IMG/VR virus record: IMGVR_UViG_3300026538_000054 | Coordinates: 32,001 to 96,000 of that record | Origin: a virus | Direction: 5' to 3' (one strand) | DNA length: 64,000 nucleotides | Shown: positions 9,661 to 18,730 of the stretch, one piece after another | How the letters are laid out: every line of letters begins with the position of its first letter | Position numbering within the stretch: the stretch's first letter is position 1 | Program-made: the position numbers and the translations under genes | Notes under the pieces: generated by a model | The model's database searches: none | What the model was told of the DNA's origin: nothing | Seen by the model: the letters and a program-made list of their open reading frames with translations, nothing else

Positions 9661-10029
9661 TTAATCACCGGCGGCCAATCGGCCGAAGTGGTGTCCGAGC
9701 TGATCGCTCGCCGGGGGCGGGGCGCTCCCGTCCGCCTCATGCCCCACCACGACGCCCTCGAACCGCCAGTAGCCCGCGTACTCGATGCTGCCGTGGTACT
9801 GGCTGTACTCGGGGTCGTCATCCGTGTTCACCGGCCCCAGATCGGCGGTGATCTCCACCAGCGGCACAGGGCCGTCCCGCCCCGCGAAGCAAGACACGGG
9901 AACTCGCTCCCCCACTGCCGGCCGAATGACTTCGCCTGCCGTATCCACCTGGATGGCCCATGTACGCCATCGAACCTTCGCCCCGACAGGGACCGGTTCT
10001 TTCGTGTACGTTGCCACAACATCGCTCAT
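9661..10029 (-). CDS. Hypothetical protein
   Basis: AAGGAG RBS, first gene after promoter motif. Confidence 0.6.
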   Translation of the reverse strand: MSDVVATYTKEPVPVGAKVRWRTWAIQVDTAGEVIRPAVGERVPVSCFAGRDGPVPLVEITADLGPVNTDDDPEYSQYHGSIEYAGYWRFEGVVVGHEADGSAPPPASDQLGHHFGRLAAGD

Positions 10030-10102
10030 GCTTTCTCTCCTTGACTGTACCTAACTATACCGCGCTGAAATCCGGCGCCAAGCCCGGCCTGGCAGGTAAA
10101 GA

Positions 10103-10142
10103 GCGGCAAGAGATATTGACATCTTTTTGGTAGGAATTAAGC
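10103..10142 (-). promoter_or_regulatory. Bipartite phage promoter-like motif CTWAA-N15-YGTCAATAT
   Basis: GCTTAA-15nt-TGTCAATATCTCTTGCCGC; 7 copies with identical spacing. Confidence 0.7.
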
Positions 10143-10231
10143 AGCCAGCCCACCCCTGACCAGGGGTGGGCTGGTGCGTTTCCTGCTTCGTGTCCGATCT
10201 GTCTTGTACTGGCGTGCCCAGACAAGAAGAC

Positions 10232-11278
10232 CTATTCTTTCTGCGCCGGCAGCAGATCGAGCTGGACTTTATGCCCACGCTTGGGGTAGGCGCGGTTGAC
10301 CATTTGCATCAGGTGGTCCCAAGAGTCGGCAGCGCGCATCAAACCGATCATCGCGTAGAGGTGTTGGGCAAGCGCCGGGTGTCCGACATCATCCGTGAAC
10401 CACTGGTGGTGCTTCGCTTCCCTGCCGCCGCGATCGGTCTTCGGGTTCTTCTTTTCCAGCTCTTCCAGCACTCCAGGAGCAAGGCGGGCATACACCAGGT
10501 CCTTGGTGTAGTTCGCCACGCACTGCGGTCGGTTGACCTTCATGCCCTTCCACTCCCACTTGCGCAGGCGGAAGATTTCCTTGTAGAAGTCATCCGGGAA
10601 CCGCTTCGCCCAGGCGGCGAACTCCTTGCGCAAGAACGCGTCAAGGATCGCCTGGAGGGCCTGTCGGTCGCGGATCTCTTGGTAGCCCGTCGCCTCATCG
10701 ACCAGCGCGATGATAGCGACGTGAGCCAGAGCACGTATCAGCATGTACGCCTTTTCGGCGGTCTGCTTCTGTGAGTCGGTCAGCACGCCAGCGTCCTTGG
10801 CCTTGAGCCAGACATCGCAGATGCGGGGGACCAACTCGGCCTTGAATCCGTAAGCCGTGCGGCCTCCGTGTTGCGGAACGTACTCGATCGGCTCAGTCAG
10901 CGACGCCGCTAAGTCTATGTCGATAAAGGGCTTGAGGTTGTCAGCCATCAAGAAATTGGGGAGTTTAGCGACGCCCTCCGACGAGGGCTCCGCGCCCGTC
11001 TTCTGTTTCGACGGGCCGCTGCCGGTGGTGTGGCGCCCTAGCGCAGCCGACATACCACGTTGCGAGACGACCCGAATGCCGCTCTTGAGGACGGCACAGG
11101 GAATGACTGCATCGCCGATGGTCAGATTGCCTTCGTGAGTCGCCTCAGGTGGCCCCCAGCGAGCGGCCGCGCCCTTCTTGGCGATTTTCTTCCTTTGTTC
11201 TTCCGACAGTTTCGCCGCTCGCGCACGGCCGCCCTTCGACGGGTCAGGGACGCCAGGTGGCTTCTTTTCCGCACTCAT
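10232..11278 (-). CDS. P63C domain protein
   Basis: KGGRARAAKLS...AAARW; IPCAVL; IIALVDEATGYQ; W-x-K-x-FPDDFY; K-x-HQWFT...GHP. Confidence 0.9.
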   Translation of the reverse strand: MSAEKKPPGVPDPSKGGRARAAKLSEEQRKKIAKKGAAARWGPPEATHEGNLTIGDAVIPCAVLKSGIRVVSQRGMSAALGRHTTGSGPSKQKTGAEPSSEGVAKLPNFLMADNLKPFIDIDLAASLTEPIEYVPQHGGRTAYGFKAELVPRICDVWLKAKDAGVLTDSQKQTAEKAYMLIRALAHVAIIALVDEATGYQEIRDRQALQAILDAFLRKEFAAWAKRFPDDFYKEIFRLRKWEWKGMKVNRPQCVANYTKDLVYARLAPGVLEELEKKNPKTDRGGREAKHHQWFTDDVGHPALAQHLYAMIGLMRAADSWDHLMQMVNRAYPKRGHKVQLDLLPAQKE

Positions 11279-11310
11279 GACGCATCTCCTTCATGACAGG
11301 TGATGATCAC

Positions 11311-11339
11311 ATTATCTCCTTGCTCGGCAAGTATGTCAA
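11311..11339 (-). promoter_or_regulatory. Sigma70-type promoter of P63C gene
   Basis: TTGACA-17nt-GATAAT on minus strand; imperfect palindrome CTTGCTCGGCAAG in the spacer. Confidence 0.65.
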
Positions 11340-11497
11340 GGGTAATTTATGCTTGCCGATCAGGCTGTGGTCGATGGAGACCGGGCGGTAGCCTCAAAGT
11401 GGTGAAGCGCGGTAGTCAGCAGCGAACCGCCGATTTGGTGGCCGGCCTAGAACGCAAAGCTAATGCCTACAAGAACTTGCGCGGCAACAGCAGGAGC

Positions 11498-11602
11498 TCG
11501 CGGCACCTGCTCGATTGACTAAGTAAGCGACGCCGTTAAGTCGCTGGCTGCAAAGGACTTGCGGCTGCCAGCACCCCAAAAACAGGGTAGTTTAGCGACG
11601 CC
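11498..11602 (-). pseudogene. Degenerate ungapped 105-bp copy of P63C segment 10871-10975
   Basis: GVAKLPCFWGAGSRKSFAASDLTASLT*SIEQVP versus GVAKLPNFLMADNLKPFIDIDLAASLTEPIEYVP. Confidence 0.7.
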
Positions 11603-11604
11603 GA

Positions 11605-12933
11605 TCAGGGCGCTCGCTGCTGCCCGCCGGCCGCCTGCCTTGACGCTTCCATCAGCCGCTGCGCGCGTGCCTCAATGGCAGCCAGCGTCTCGTCGCTCAT
11701 ATGGCTACGCCTGATGCCTTCGGCCGCCCGCTCCGCCGGCGGGCCTGTTCGCTTGACCGCCTCGCCAATCTGCCGGGCATGCTCCCGAATCACCTCCGGC
11801 GGTATCTCTTCCCCCGACGTGGCCGCGCTAGACGCCACGCCGAGGAGGCGCCCCAGGGCCGTGGCCGGTTCGCGAACGGCTCGTTGAATGTCTTCGTGGC
11901 CCCTGGCGTCCCGGTACATCGCCCTGGCGGCCGGTCCGTGTTGGACGACCAGGCCAGCGGCCTCCGGGGCCGCCGCTCGGTACACCTCTCTAAGCCTGTC
12001 GCGGGTGCCTTGTGGCATTCTTTCGCGCATGAGCCCGAGTTGATCTCTCGCCTCGCCCAGCCCGTAGAGGTCGAGCAAGGTGCTTCGCCCGATGTCGGCG
12101 GGGTCAGCCATGAACCTTTCCCTGGTGTCCGCCCAGGCCTTGCCGGCCACGTTTCGGTAGAAGTGCGGCGGCAGCTTCTTGGCCGAGCTGCGCATGGCCA
12201 GGGTGCTCATCAGGCCCAGGGGTGATGTGCTGCGCAAGGCGTCCCAGCCGGCCGCCAGATAAGGGCCGTGCGATTGCCGCCAGCTCTCCGGGAACACCGC
12301 CGGGCCTTTTTGCCCGTGCTCGTATTGCCCGTGGCGAAAAGCGCCGACGAGAGCGTGCCGGAAGGCGCTTCGGTGAAAGTCGCCCACGGCAGTGTCATCA
12401 CCGCCAGCCCAGGAAGGGGCGTAACTGCCGTATGCCGCCATCGCAGGCCCCATGGCCGACGTGGCCATCACCGAGGTCTTGAATGGCTCTCGGTCAGCCT
12501 CCGGGACCTGCAGGTAGTCGGCCATCCTGTCACCGGCCCGGTTGGCGGCCTGGTAGGCCCCTGTTGCCGCCGAGTAAGCCGCCGAGCCCAGGCCCACCGC
12601 CGGTAGAAGAGCGAACGGTAATCTCACGGCGTTGGCCAGTCGGGGGTTGTTCTTCCTGATCCAGGGGTCGAAGACCGGCGTGGTGGCGAACCTGAGAGAG
12701 GAGCGCAACGGCTTGTCCGCGAAGTTCTCTCCAGGTTTCAGGCCGGCCATGGACCGCAGGTGGGACAGCACAGGCCCTGGCTTCTTGGGCGCTGGCTCTT
12801 CCTCTTCGTCCTCGTCGGCCTCGAGCGGCTTGAGCGCAGTTGGCAACGGAGCGGCCGTCTTGATCAACCGTTTGATCAGCTCGGGCGGTTCGAGAAAGGA
12901 CCTGAGGCCCAGGACTTCGGCGGCGGTCTTCAC
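11605..12933 (-). CDS. Ala/Gly-rich putative virion protein (KxA motifs)
   Basis: Starts VKTAAEVLGLR, shared with 28772. Confidence 0.55.
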   Translation of the reverse strand: MKTAAEVLGLRSFLEPPELIKRLIKTAAPLPTALKPLEADEDEEEEPAPKKPGPVLSHLRSMAGLKPGENFADKPLRSSLRFATTPVFDPWIRKNNPRLANAVRLPFALLPAVGLGSAAYSAATGAYQAANRAGDRMADYLQVPEADREPFKTSVMATSAMGPAMAAYGSYAPSWAGGDDTAVGDFHRSAFRHALVGAFRHGQYEHGQKGPAVFPESWRQSHGPYLAAGWDALRSTSPLGLMSTLAMRSSAKKLPPHFYRNVAGKAWADTRERFMADPADIGRSTLLDLYGLGEARDQLGLMRERMPQGTRDRLREVYRAAAPEAAGLVVQHGPAARAMYRDARGHEDIQRAVREPATALGRLLGVASSAATSGEEIPPEVIREHARQIGEAVKRTGPPAERAAEGIRRSHMSDETLAAIEARAQRLMEASRQAAGGQQRAP

Positions 12934-12935
12934 GA

Positions 12936-13394
12936 TCAGGCTCGCTGACTAGCAAGGAGGATGGCGAGCGGGCTGCGGGGTGCAGAGGCTTGTTTCTTCT
13001 TGCCCTTGTCCTCTTTGGGCTTCTTCTCTTCCTCGGCGTCATCGTCGTCTATCGGCCGCTTGTTGCCTCGGGCCTTGTCCCACATCGCGCCCCAGAGGCT
13101 TCGCGGGTAGGACCAGGAAAAGCCCGGCTCGCCTCTGGTGTCGAAACCGAGGCCGCCCAACTGCGGCGGCGCCACGCGCAGCCCTAAGTCTCTGTCGCCG
13201 ATTCGCGCGCCGACGTAGGGATGCGGGATCAGGCCAAGCGCGTGGCTGTAGCCAGCCTCCAGGCCCATGGGGAACTTCTCAGGGTCGCCGAGCAAGTAGC
13301 GCCCGCCGCCCCAGGAGATCACGGCCTCTTTCTCCATCTGTACGGAGAACCACGCCGCCTTCTCTGCCAGCCGCTCGATGATGTCGTTCTGCAC
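12936..13394 (-). CDS. Putative virion-associated protein (KxA motifs)
   Basis: EKAA, EKEA, KQAS motifs. Confidence 0.5.
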   Translation of the reverse strand: MQNDIIERLAEKAAWFSVQMEKEAVISWGGGRYLLGDPEKFPMGLEAGYSHALGLIPHPYVGARIGDRDLGLRVAPPQLGGLGFDTRGEPGFSWSYPRSLWGAMWDKARGNKRPIDDDDAEEEKKPKEDKGKKKQASAPRSPLAILLASQRA

Positions 13395-13489
13395 GTCGCG
13401 TCCTCTTGAGCCTGCTGATTGTACGCTCTCGCCGATAGCTAAAAAGAAAGACGCCAGGGCCCCGCAAGGGGCCCTGGGTCGTTGCTCGA

Positions 13490-13864
13490 TCAGGGCGTCA
13501 ACGTTTCTTTCAGGCGCTTGCGCGCCCTCTCGGTCAGTTCTCGGGCCGCCTCGTTGCCCGCGGCCTCACCCTCCACCTCGATGATGATGGCGGCCTTTAT
13601 CTTGCTCAGGGTATCCCGGCCGTACTCGGCTACTAGCTCGTCCGTCAACTGGTCAACGACCCGCCAGGTCTGTTCCTTCGCCGCCTGGCTCTTCTTGTCC
13701 CACCCGCCTGCCTCTTCCTGGGTCAGTCGGTGAGTGTGTTCGACGCTGACGACCTTGATGTCGAATTGGATGGGCGCTCTGAAGACCGGGCCGCTGTGGG
13801 GCGCGACCATGGCGAACAGCACAACCAGGGCGATGGCGAACAGCGCGCAGATGATCTTCTTCAT
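13490..13864 (-). CDS. Exported hypothetical protein
   Basis: MKK plus hydrophobic signal. Confidence 0.6.
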   Translation of the reverse strand: MKKIICALFAIALVVLFAMVAPHSGPVFRAPIQFDIKVVSVEHTHRLTQEEAGGWDKKSQAAKEQTWRVVDQLTDELVAEYGRDTLSKIKAAIIIEVEGEAAGNEAARELTERARKRLKETLTP

Positions 13865-13955
13865 GGTTCTGATCCGGAAAAGAAACGGCCGGAGCACATG
13901 CTCTGGCCTGGGAGGTGGAAACAGGTTGTTGGTTGACTTAGTCGGTCTACTCGGC

Positions 13956-14441
13956 CTACTCTTGCAGCCAGTTGATCAGTTTTTTGGCCGCTTCCCTGCC
14001 CTCCGCGTGTTCTGGGTGGGGCGAAGTCGCGATCAATTGCAGCCCGTACCACAGCCGGACCGTGTTCATTTGCTCTCTCGCCCGTTGACCGGCAGGGCCC
14101 TGTTGCGCGCAGTAGTTGTCAACCATAACCGTCACCTCCCGGATCGCCTCCCTGGCTTCGTCGTCGATATCGGCCCTGGTCTTGTCTTTGGCCATGCGCC
14201 ACAGCTTGTCCAGGGCGTCGGCGAGACTGTCCTTGTAGAGCGCGTCGAGGGTCAGCTCGTTCGGCCGTTTTCTCTTCCCAGCCGCCTTCCCGGCTCCACC
14301 GGCGGCGGCCTTCTCGGTCAGGACGGAGGTGGTCGGGCCGGAGCGAACCGAGCGTTCGCTGTCGTCCTGGTCGCGCTTGACACCGCCACAACCGACGGAC
14401 AAGGCCAGCAGACCGACCAGGACGAAAATGAGATTCTTCAT
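13956..14441 (-). CDS. Putative lipoprotein
   Basis: MKNLIFVLVGLLALSVGC lipobox. Confidence 0.7.
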   Translation of the reverse strand: MKNLIFVLVGLLALSVGCGGVKRDQDDSERSVRSGPTTSVLTEKAAAGGAGKAAGKRKRPNELTLDALYKDSLADALDKLWRMAKDKTRADIDDEAREAIREVTVMVDNYCAQQGPAGQRAREQMNTVRLWYGLQLIATSPHPEHAEGREAAKKLINWLQE

Positions 14442-14541
14442 TTTCCTTCTCCATAAAATGAGAACGGTCGGAGCGCGTGCTCCGACCTTCTGCTTGCGAC
14501 TTTGTTGGTTGACTTAGTCGGCCTGGGCGGCTGTTACGCGG

Positions 14542-15006
14542 TTACTTCGCCGCCTGCCCGCCGGCGAAGACCATGACGCGTGGCCCCGAGAGCGGACCGC
14601 AGACGGCCAGTTGCGGTTGTCGAACGGCTTCGCGGCCGGTGTAAGGCCCGAACTCGTGGTACTGCGCAAAGCGCGTCCGCTCTCGATTGTCCCTTTCGGC
14701 GACGGCATCCGGCGCGAAGTAGGCCGCGATGTCGGGGGACGGCCACAGCCCCGGCGCCGCGTCAATGGTCCAGTGGCGGGCTTCGTTTTCGTCCCTTTCA
14801 GCGGTAGCGGCCTCAAGGCTCTTGAGCTTGTCCAGCAGGTCATACGCCTTGAGGGACCTGGCGATCTTGGCGTCGCTCTCCGCTTTTCCCTTCACCCAGG
14901 CCTCGTGCTGCTTCCTATCGTGCTCGTCGATGTGGCGAGCGAGCGCCATGGCGAGGACGCCACCGATGCCCGACATGGCCACCAACACGGTCAGAAACTT
15001 CTTCAT
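14542..15006 (-). CDS. Membrane-anchored hypothetical protein
   Basis: MKK plus hydrophobic N-terminus. Confidence 0.6.
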   Translation of the reverse strand: MKKFLTVLVAMSGIGGVLAMALARHIDEHDRKQHEAWVKGKAESDAKIARSLKAYDLLDKLKSLEAATAERDENEARHWTIDAAPGLWPSPDIAAYFAPDAVAERDNRERTRFAQYHEFGPYTGREAVRQPQLAVCGPLSGPRVMVFAGGQAAK

Positions 15007-15050
15007 TTTCCTTCTCCCGAAGTGGAACCAGAGGTCTGAGCTAGACCTCT

Positions 15051-15088
15051 CTCAGGAGATATTGACACAAAAACTATCCGAATTAAGC
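15051..15088 (-). promoter_or_regulatory. Bipartite phage promoter-like motif
   Basis: GCTTAA-15nt-TGTCAATATCTC upstream of 15006. Confidence 0.7.
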
Positions 15089-15330
15089 AGTTGCCGGCGC
15101 TCTGGTTTGTCGCGCGGAAGTCGCCTAATGTGACCGGGATCGCCCTTCATGCCCGGAGAGACCAGATGACTACCGAACGCGAAGGCCCCGTCGGACTGTG
15201 GCATCCGCCGAGCGGCGAGGGCAAATCAGATACTGGCCTGGACGTCTCAGTTAGTTTGGCATAGAACTTGCTATGAGGCGCGTCGCGCACCGCTTGATTT
15301 TGACCGGAGGGTCCGGTACAAAGGTGGAAC

Positions 15331-15762
15331 ATGGCGAAAGACAGCGAAAGCCGCCGTGAGGGTCTGCTTGTTCAGGCCGTCAACCCCGTGGACGGCAAGA
15401 CCTGCACAGTCCAGATTTCTCACGCTCGTATGCAGACGGTGGCGACAAGGGGCCTGATCCACGCAAGCGAATGCGGATACATCGTGCCGGCGATCCTGAG
15501 AGGACCGACGGCGATTTTTGAGGGCCTTCGTCGAGAGGAGGACGAAGACCAGTGGGGCGTGGGGTGGCGATGTTACTGCGGCGTGCCGTCCTGCAGCTAC
15601 AGAAAAGACGGCACGAAGGGGCCGTCTTACCCTGGTCAGGTGTACTTGGTATTTGTGAACTCGGACGGAGTGGCCTATAACTGGCGGTGGGAGAAAGCGG
15701 ACGAAGACAACCAGAAGTTGCCGGTTGGCCACGCGGATAGGTTTAAGAGGCGTTTACTATGA
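15331..15762 (+). CDS. Possible BECR-fold toxin-like protein
   Basis: ILRGPTAIFEG...Y...VYLVFVN pattern; overlaps the next gene by ATGA-type coupling. Confidence 0.4.
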   Translation: MAKDSESRREGLLVQAVNPVDGKTCTVQISHARMQTVATRGLIHASECGYIVPAILRGPTAIFEGLRREEDEDQWGVGWRCYCGVPSCSYRKDGTKGPSYPGQVYLVFVNSDGVAYNWRWEKADEDNQKLPVGHADRFKRRLL

Positions 15763-16187
15763 ATACGGTTTCGGAGAACGATTTCGCCACGAAGGTTATG
15801 TCATTGGTTAACCCGGAAGAGCCGTTCAAGCCCGTTGCGACCTACGACCGGGATGGAGACTGCATCGAGTTCCTGATGCGGCCTGATGCGTTCTACGCCG
15901 AGCGGGTGGACGACCTCGTGACCGTCTACTACAGCCAGGACACGAAGGAAGTCATCGGTTCCCTGATCAAGGGGGTCTCCGGTTTCTGCGCCAACGTCTT
16001 GAAGAAATTGCCGGGCTTCCGGATCGATATCATCGACGGGCGCGTGAAGCTGGTTCATATCTTCCGCGCGAAGCTCTGGTCAAGCGAACGCGACCCCGTC
16101 GCCGGCAAGACCGTGACCTACCGCAAGTTGATTGAGGCGGCCGAGGAGTCGGAGCTCGATGTCGAAGCCGAGAGCTGCGTCAGTTGA
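15759..16187 (+). CDS. DUF2283-like putative antitoxin
   Basis: YDRDGDCIEF...TVYYS...VIG pattern. Confidence 0.4.
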   Translation: MNTVSENDFATKVMSLVNPEEPFKPVATYDRDGDCIEFLMRPDAFYAERVDDLVTVYYSQDTKEVIGSLIKGVSGFCANVLKKLPGFRIDIIDGRVKLVHIFRAKLWSSERDPVAGKTVTYRKLIEAAEESELDVEAESCVS

Positions 16188-16216
16188 TCCCGCCCGTTTG
16201 ATTTTCCGCAACAACA

Positions 16217-16252
16217 CGAGACGACGGAGGAAGATATTCCTCCGTCGTCTCG
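16217..16252 (+). terminator. Hairpin after 16187
   Basis: CGAGACGACGGAGGAA/TTCCTCCGTCGTCTCG. Confidence 0.55.
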
Positions 16253-16412
16253 CTTCCGGTCTCGGGACCGGCTGAGGGTGACTGACCCCTCCCCTTTCTT
16301 CCGCTCCCGTGCCTTGTCACCCCTCCTGAATTTCCTTGCTTGTCGGACGAATACCGTCTAGTCTGGTCTGGTAGGGTCTCGTTTCTTCTTGCGCCTGGAA
16401 AGAGGAGGACGG

Positions 16413-18329
16413 ATGGGCGGTCTTCGTGCGGTAACCAGGGCGGGGGTCGTGGCGGTCTTCTGTCTGGTGGTGGGGGGAGTAGGCGTTTTCAACCTGTTGT
16501 CCTGGTCTGCACCGGCGGCCACAGAGATCGTGCTGCCTGGTCAAGCGGCGGCTGTTGCGCGGAAAGGGCTACCGGTCCAGCTGACCGGCGCGCTGCTTCG
16601 CGAAGGTATGAGGCTCATCCCGTGGGCGTCGTTGTTGGAAGTTAACGCCCGCGCGAACTTCACAGTTCGGCTTCAGTCGCTAGGAGTGACCGGCCAGTTT
16701 GAGGTGTCTACGGGACAGTCGGATGACGAACGAGCGCTAGTCGAGGCCGGCAAACGGTTTAAGAGCGAAACCAACGCCATCCTCAAGCAGCAGCTCCTGG
16801 TCATGATCGACACGCTGAAGGAGCAGAAGGAGCGCAACCGCTTGCTCAGGGAGCAGACGCGAGTTGCCCAGCATCTTCTTGACCTCCAGATACGCGCCTT
16901 CGATTACCAGAAGTGGGTTCAGGAAGAAGCCATTTTGCGCAAGAAGGAGTACAGCGTCCCAGTTGACAAGTTAGTGGTCGTCGTGGCGGACTTTTCCAGC
17001 GGCAATCAGGACGAGGGGCGCGAGGTCGCCGACGAGATCGCCCACCACTTGACTGAGCTGTCCCGAAACGGCCTGGACATCCATGTTCTCAATGGCGAGA
17101 TACGGCCGGGCGTCGCGGTGCGAAGCGAGGAGATGGCCCGTGATATTGGCCGGCACTTCCCTGGGACCGACTTCGTCGTGGTCTGGGGCTCGATGTCGCC
17201 ACGCACCGTCGGCCGCTACCGCCCGCATCTGACTTGCGTGCAGTACGTCAAGGGCGCCAAGGCCGCCAGCGTCACCACGTCGATAAACCTTGACCCCGGC
17301 GAGCTGCCGGAGAAGGGCAAGGCGGAGGCTTACCAGCGGGCGTGTTACGAGCGGCTGATCGGCGCGACCTGTGCCGCCATCCCGAGTCTCTACGCGGCCT
17401 ACCAGATCAGACGGGACAAGGTGCCGCAACTGAGCGGTATCTTCAAACTGCTCGGTGACGAACAGCCGGAGACCAAGCAACTAAAGGCGAAGCTCTTGCC
17501 ATTGACCCGGTGGGCCAAGGTCAGTTCGGCTCTGAAGGCCACCCGGTTGTGCCGACTCTCTGACATCTCCTCGGATCGGCCGTTCCCGCTCCGTGTGGTC
17601 AACGAGAAGGATGGCAGCCTTATGGCCCTGGTCACGGATGAGAAGGGCGAACCGCGCAAGTTCTACAACGAGGCGTCGAAGAAACAGGAGTACGTGTACG
17701 TCGACGTGCTTGAGACGACGGTGAGTCAGTTCATCAGGTTCCTGAACGCGAGCGGCGGCAACAAGAAGGGAGGCGGTCACGACTGGCTCTATATGAAGTC
17801 GGACGTCCCGCACTGGGACATTGCCGAGGAGAAAGGGACTTTTATCGAGCGGCCAGATGCTAAGCGCAAGGAGGGGATCGTCCGCGGTCGGCTGCCTGTC
17901 ACCAACATGAGCTGGTTCGGGGCGGTTGCTTACTGCGAGTGGGCCGGCAAGTCGCTGCCGCGTAGAGAGGAGTGGCAGGCTGCCGCCGAGCCTCAGGGCG
18001 GCGGAGAGTTTCCGTGGGGCAAGGACGGAGCTAGTTTTGCCAGGCTTTGCAACGCGGGCAACCGTGACTACCACCTCCACGGCGGCTCGCGCCCTCGTGA
18101 CTGCAGTCGTGTGGGCTGCTTCGACATGGCCGGCAACGTGGCCGAGTGGTGCGCGGACTGGTTTGACGAGAAGGCGGGCAAGCGCATGGTCATGGGAGGG
18201 CACTGCGAGGACACCGAGGTCGCCAACGTCAAGATTACGGCGAAAAAAGGCGAGTACCAGACAAACTACGACTGGAAGATCGGCTTCCGCGGGGTCGTGC
18301 GTATCCCGGTCGATCTCGGGCAGGACTGA
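16413..18329 (+). CDS. Membrane-anchored FGE-sulfatase (SUMF1/C-type lectin fold) domain protein
   Basis: PVTNMSWFGAVAYCEWAGKSLP-x-x-EEW, FPWG, FDMAGNVAEW, IGFRGV. Confidence 0.88.
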   Translation: MGGLRAVTRAGVVAVFCLVVGGVGVFNLLSWSAPAATEIVLPGQAAAVARKGLPVQLTGALLREGMRLIPWASLLEVNARANFTVRLQSLGVTGQFEVSTGQSDDERALVEAGKRFKSETNAILKQQLLVMIDTLKEQKERNRLLREQTRVAQHLLDLQIRAFDYQKWVQEEAILRKKEYSVPVDKLVVVVADFSSGNQDEGREVADEIAHHLTELSRNGLDIHVLNGEIRPGVAVRSEEMARDIGRHFPGTDFVVVWGSMSPRTVGRYRPHLTCVQYVKGAKAASVTTSINLDPGELPEKGKAEAYQRACYERLIGATCAAIPSLYAAYQIRRDKVPQLSGIFKLLGDEQPETKQLKAKLLPLTRWAKVSSALKATRLCRLSDISSDRPFPLRVVNEKDGSLMALVTDEKGEPRKFYNEASKKQEYVYVDVLETTVSQFIRFLNASGGNKKGGGHDWLYMKSDVPHWDIAEEKGTFIERPDAKRKEGIVRGRLPVTNMSWFGAVAYCEWAGKSLPRREEWQAAAEPQGGGEFPWGKDGASFARLCNAGNRDYHLHGGSRPRDCSRVGCFDMAGNVAEWCADWFDEKAGKRMVMGGHCEDTEVANVKITAKKGEYQTNYDWKIGFRGVVRIPVDLGQD

Positions 18330-18345
18330 TACCAGGAGAGGCTAG

Positions 18346-18672
18346 ATGTCTGTTGAGCACCAAGCCAGCCAGGGCGTGACGTCGCAGCCCGCCAGCCCGC
18401 CTGTCGCACCTCCGACCGATAGACAGGCCGGGTCCCAGCCGATTTGGCAGTGCTACACGCCCGGCTCGGTCAGGGCCTTTGGGGACATGCGGTTTATCGC
18501 CGGCCTTCTGATGGGCATGGGTGTAGTCGGCACCGCGGCTGTAGTCGCGAAATTTTTCGGTTACGCTCCCTACCTGCCGCCCTGGCTCGGCCTTGCGGGA
18601 CCGGTTCTCTATTTCGTCGGTTGGTGGCTTAACAGCCGTGCTCGACGTGAATTGCAGTCTCCGCAAGGTTGA
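18346..18672 (+). CDS. Membrane protein
   Basis: Two TM segments, RBS. Confidence 0.55.
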   Translation: MSVEHQASQGVTSQPASPPVAPPTDRQAGSQPIWQCYTPGSVRAFGDMRFIAGLLMGMGVVGTAAVVAKFFGYAPYLPPWLGLAGPVLYFVGWWLNSRARRELQSPQG

Positions 18673-18730
18673 CAATTCGGTTGTTATCTGCTCATGATCT
18701 CCCCTGGCCCTTCTCTTACCAGGGGAGATC

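Noticed and set aside
10115-10142. Sigma70 promoter on the TTGAC strand of the bipartite motif
   Set aside because: No -10 box at 16-18 nt, and that strand points away from the adjacent gene starts.
11498-11602. DGR template/variable repeat pair with 10871-10975
   Set aside because: Mismatches are not adenine-specific and no RT is present.
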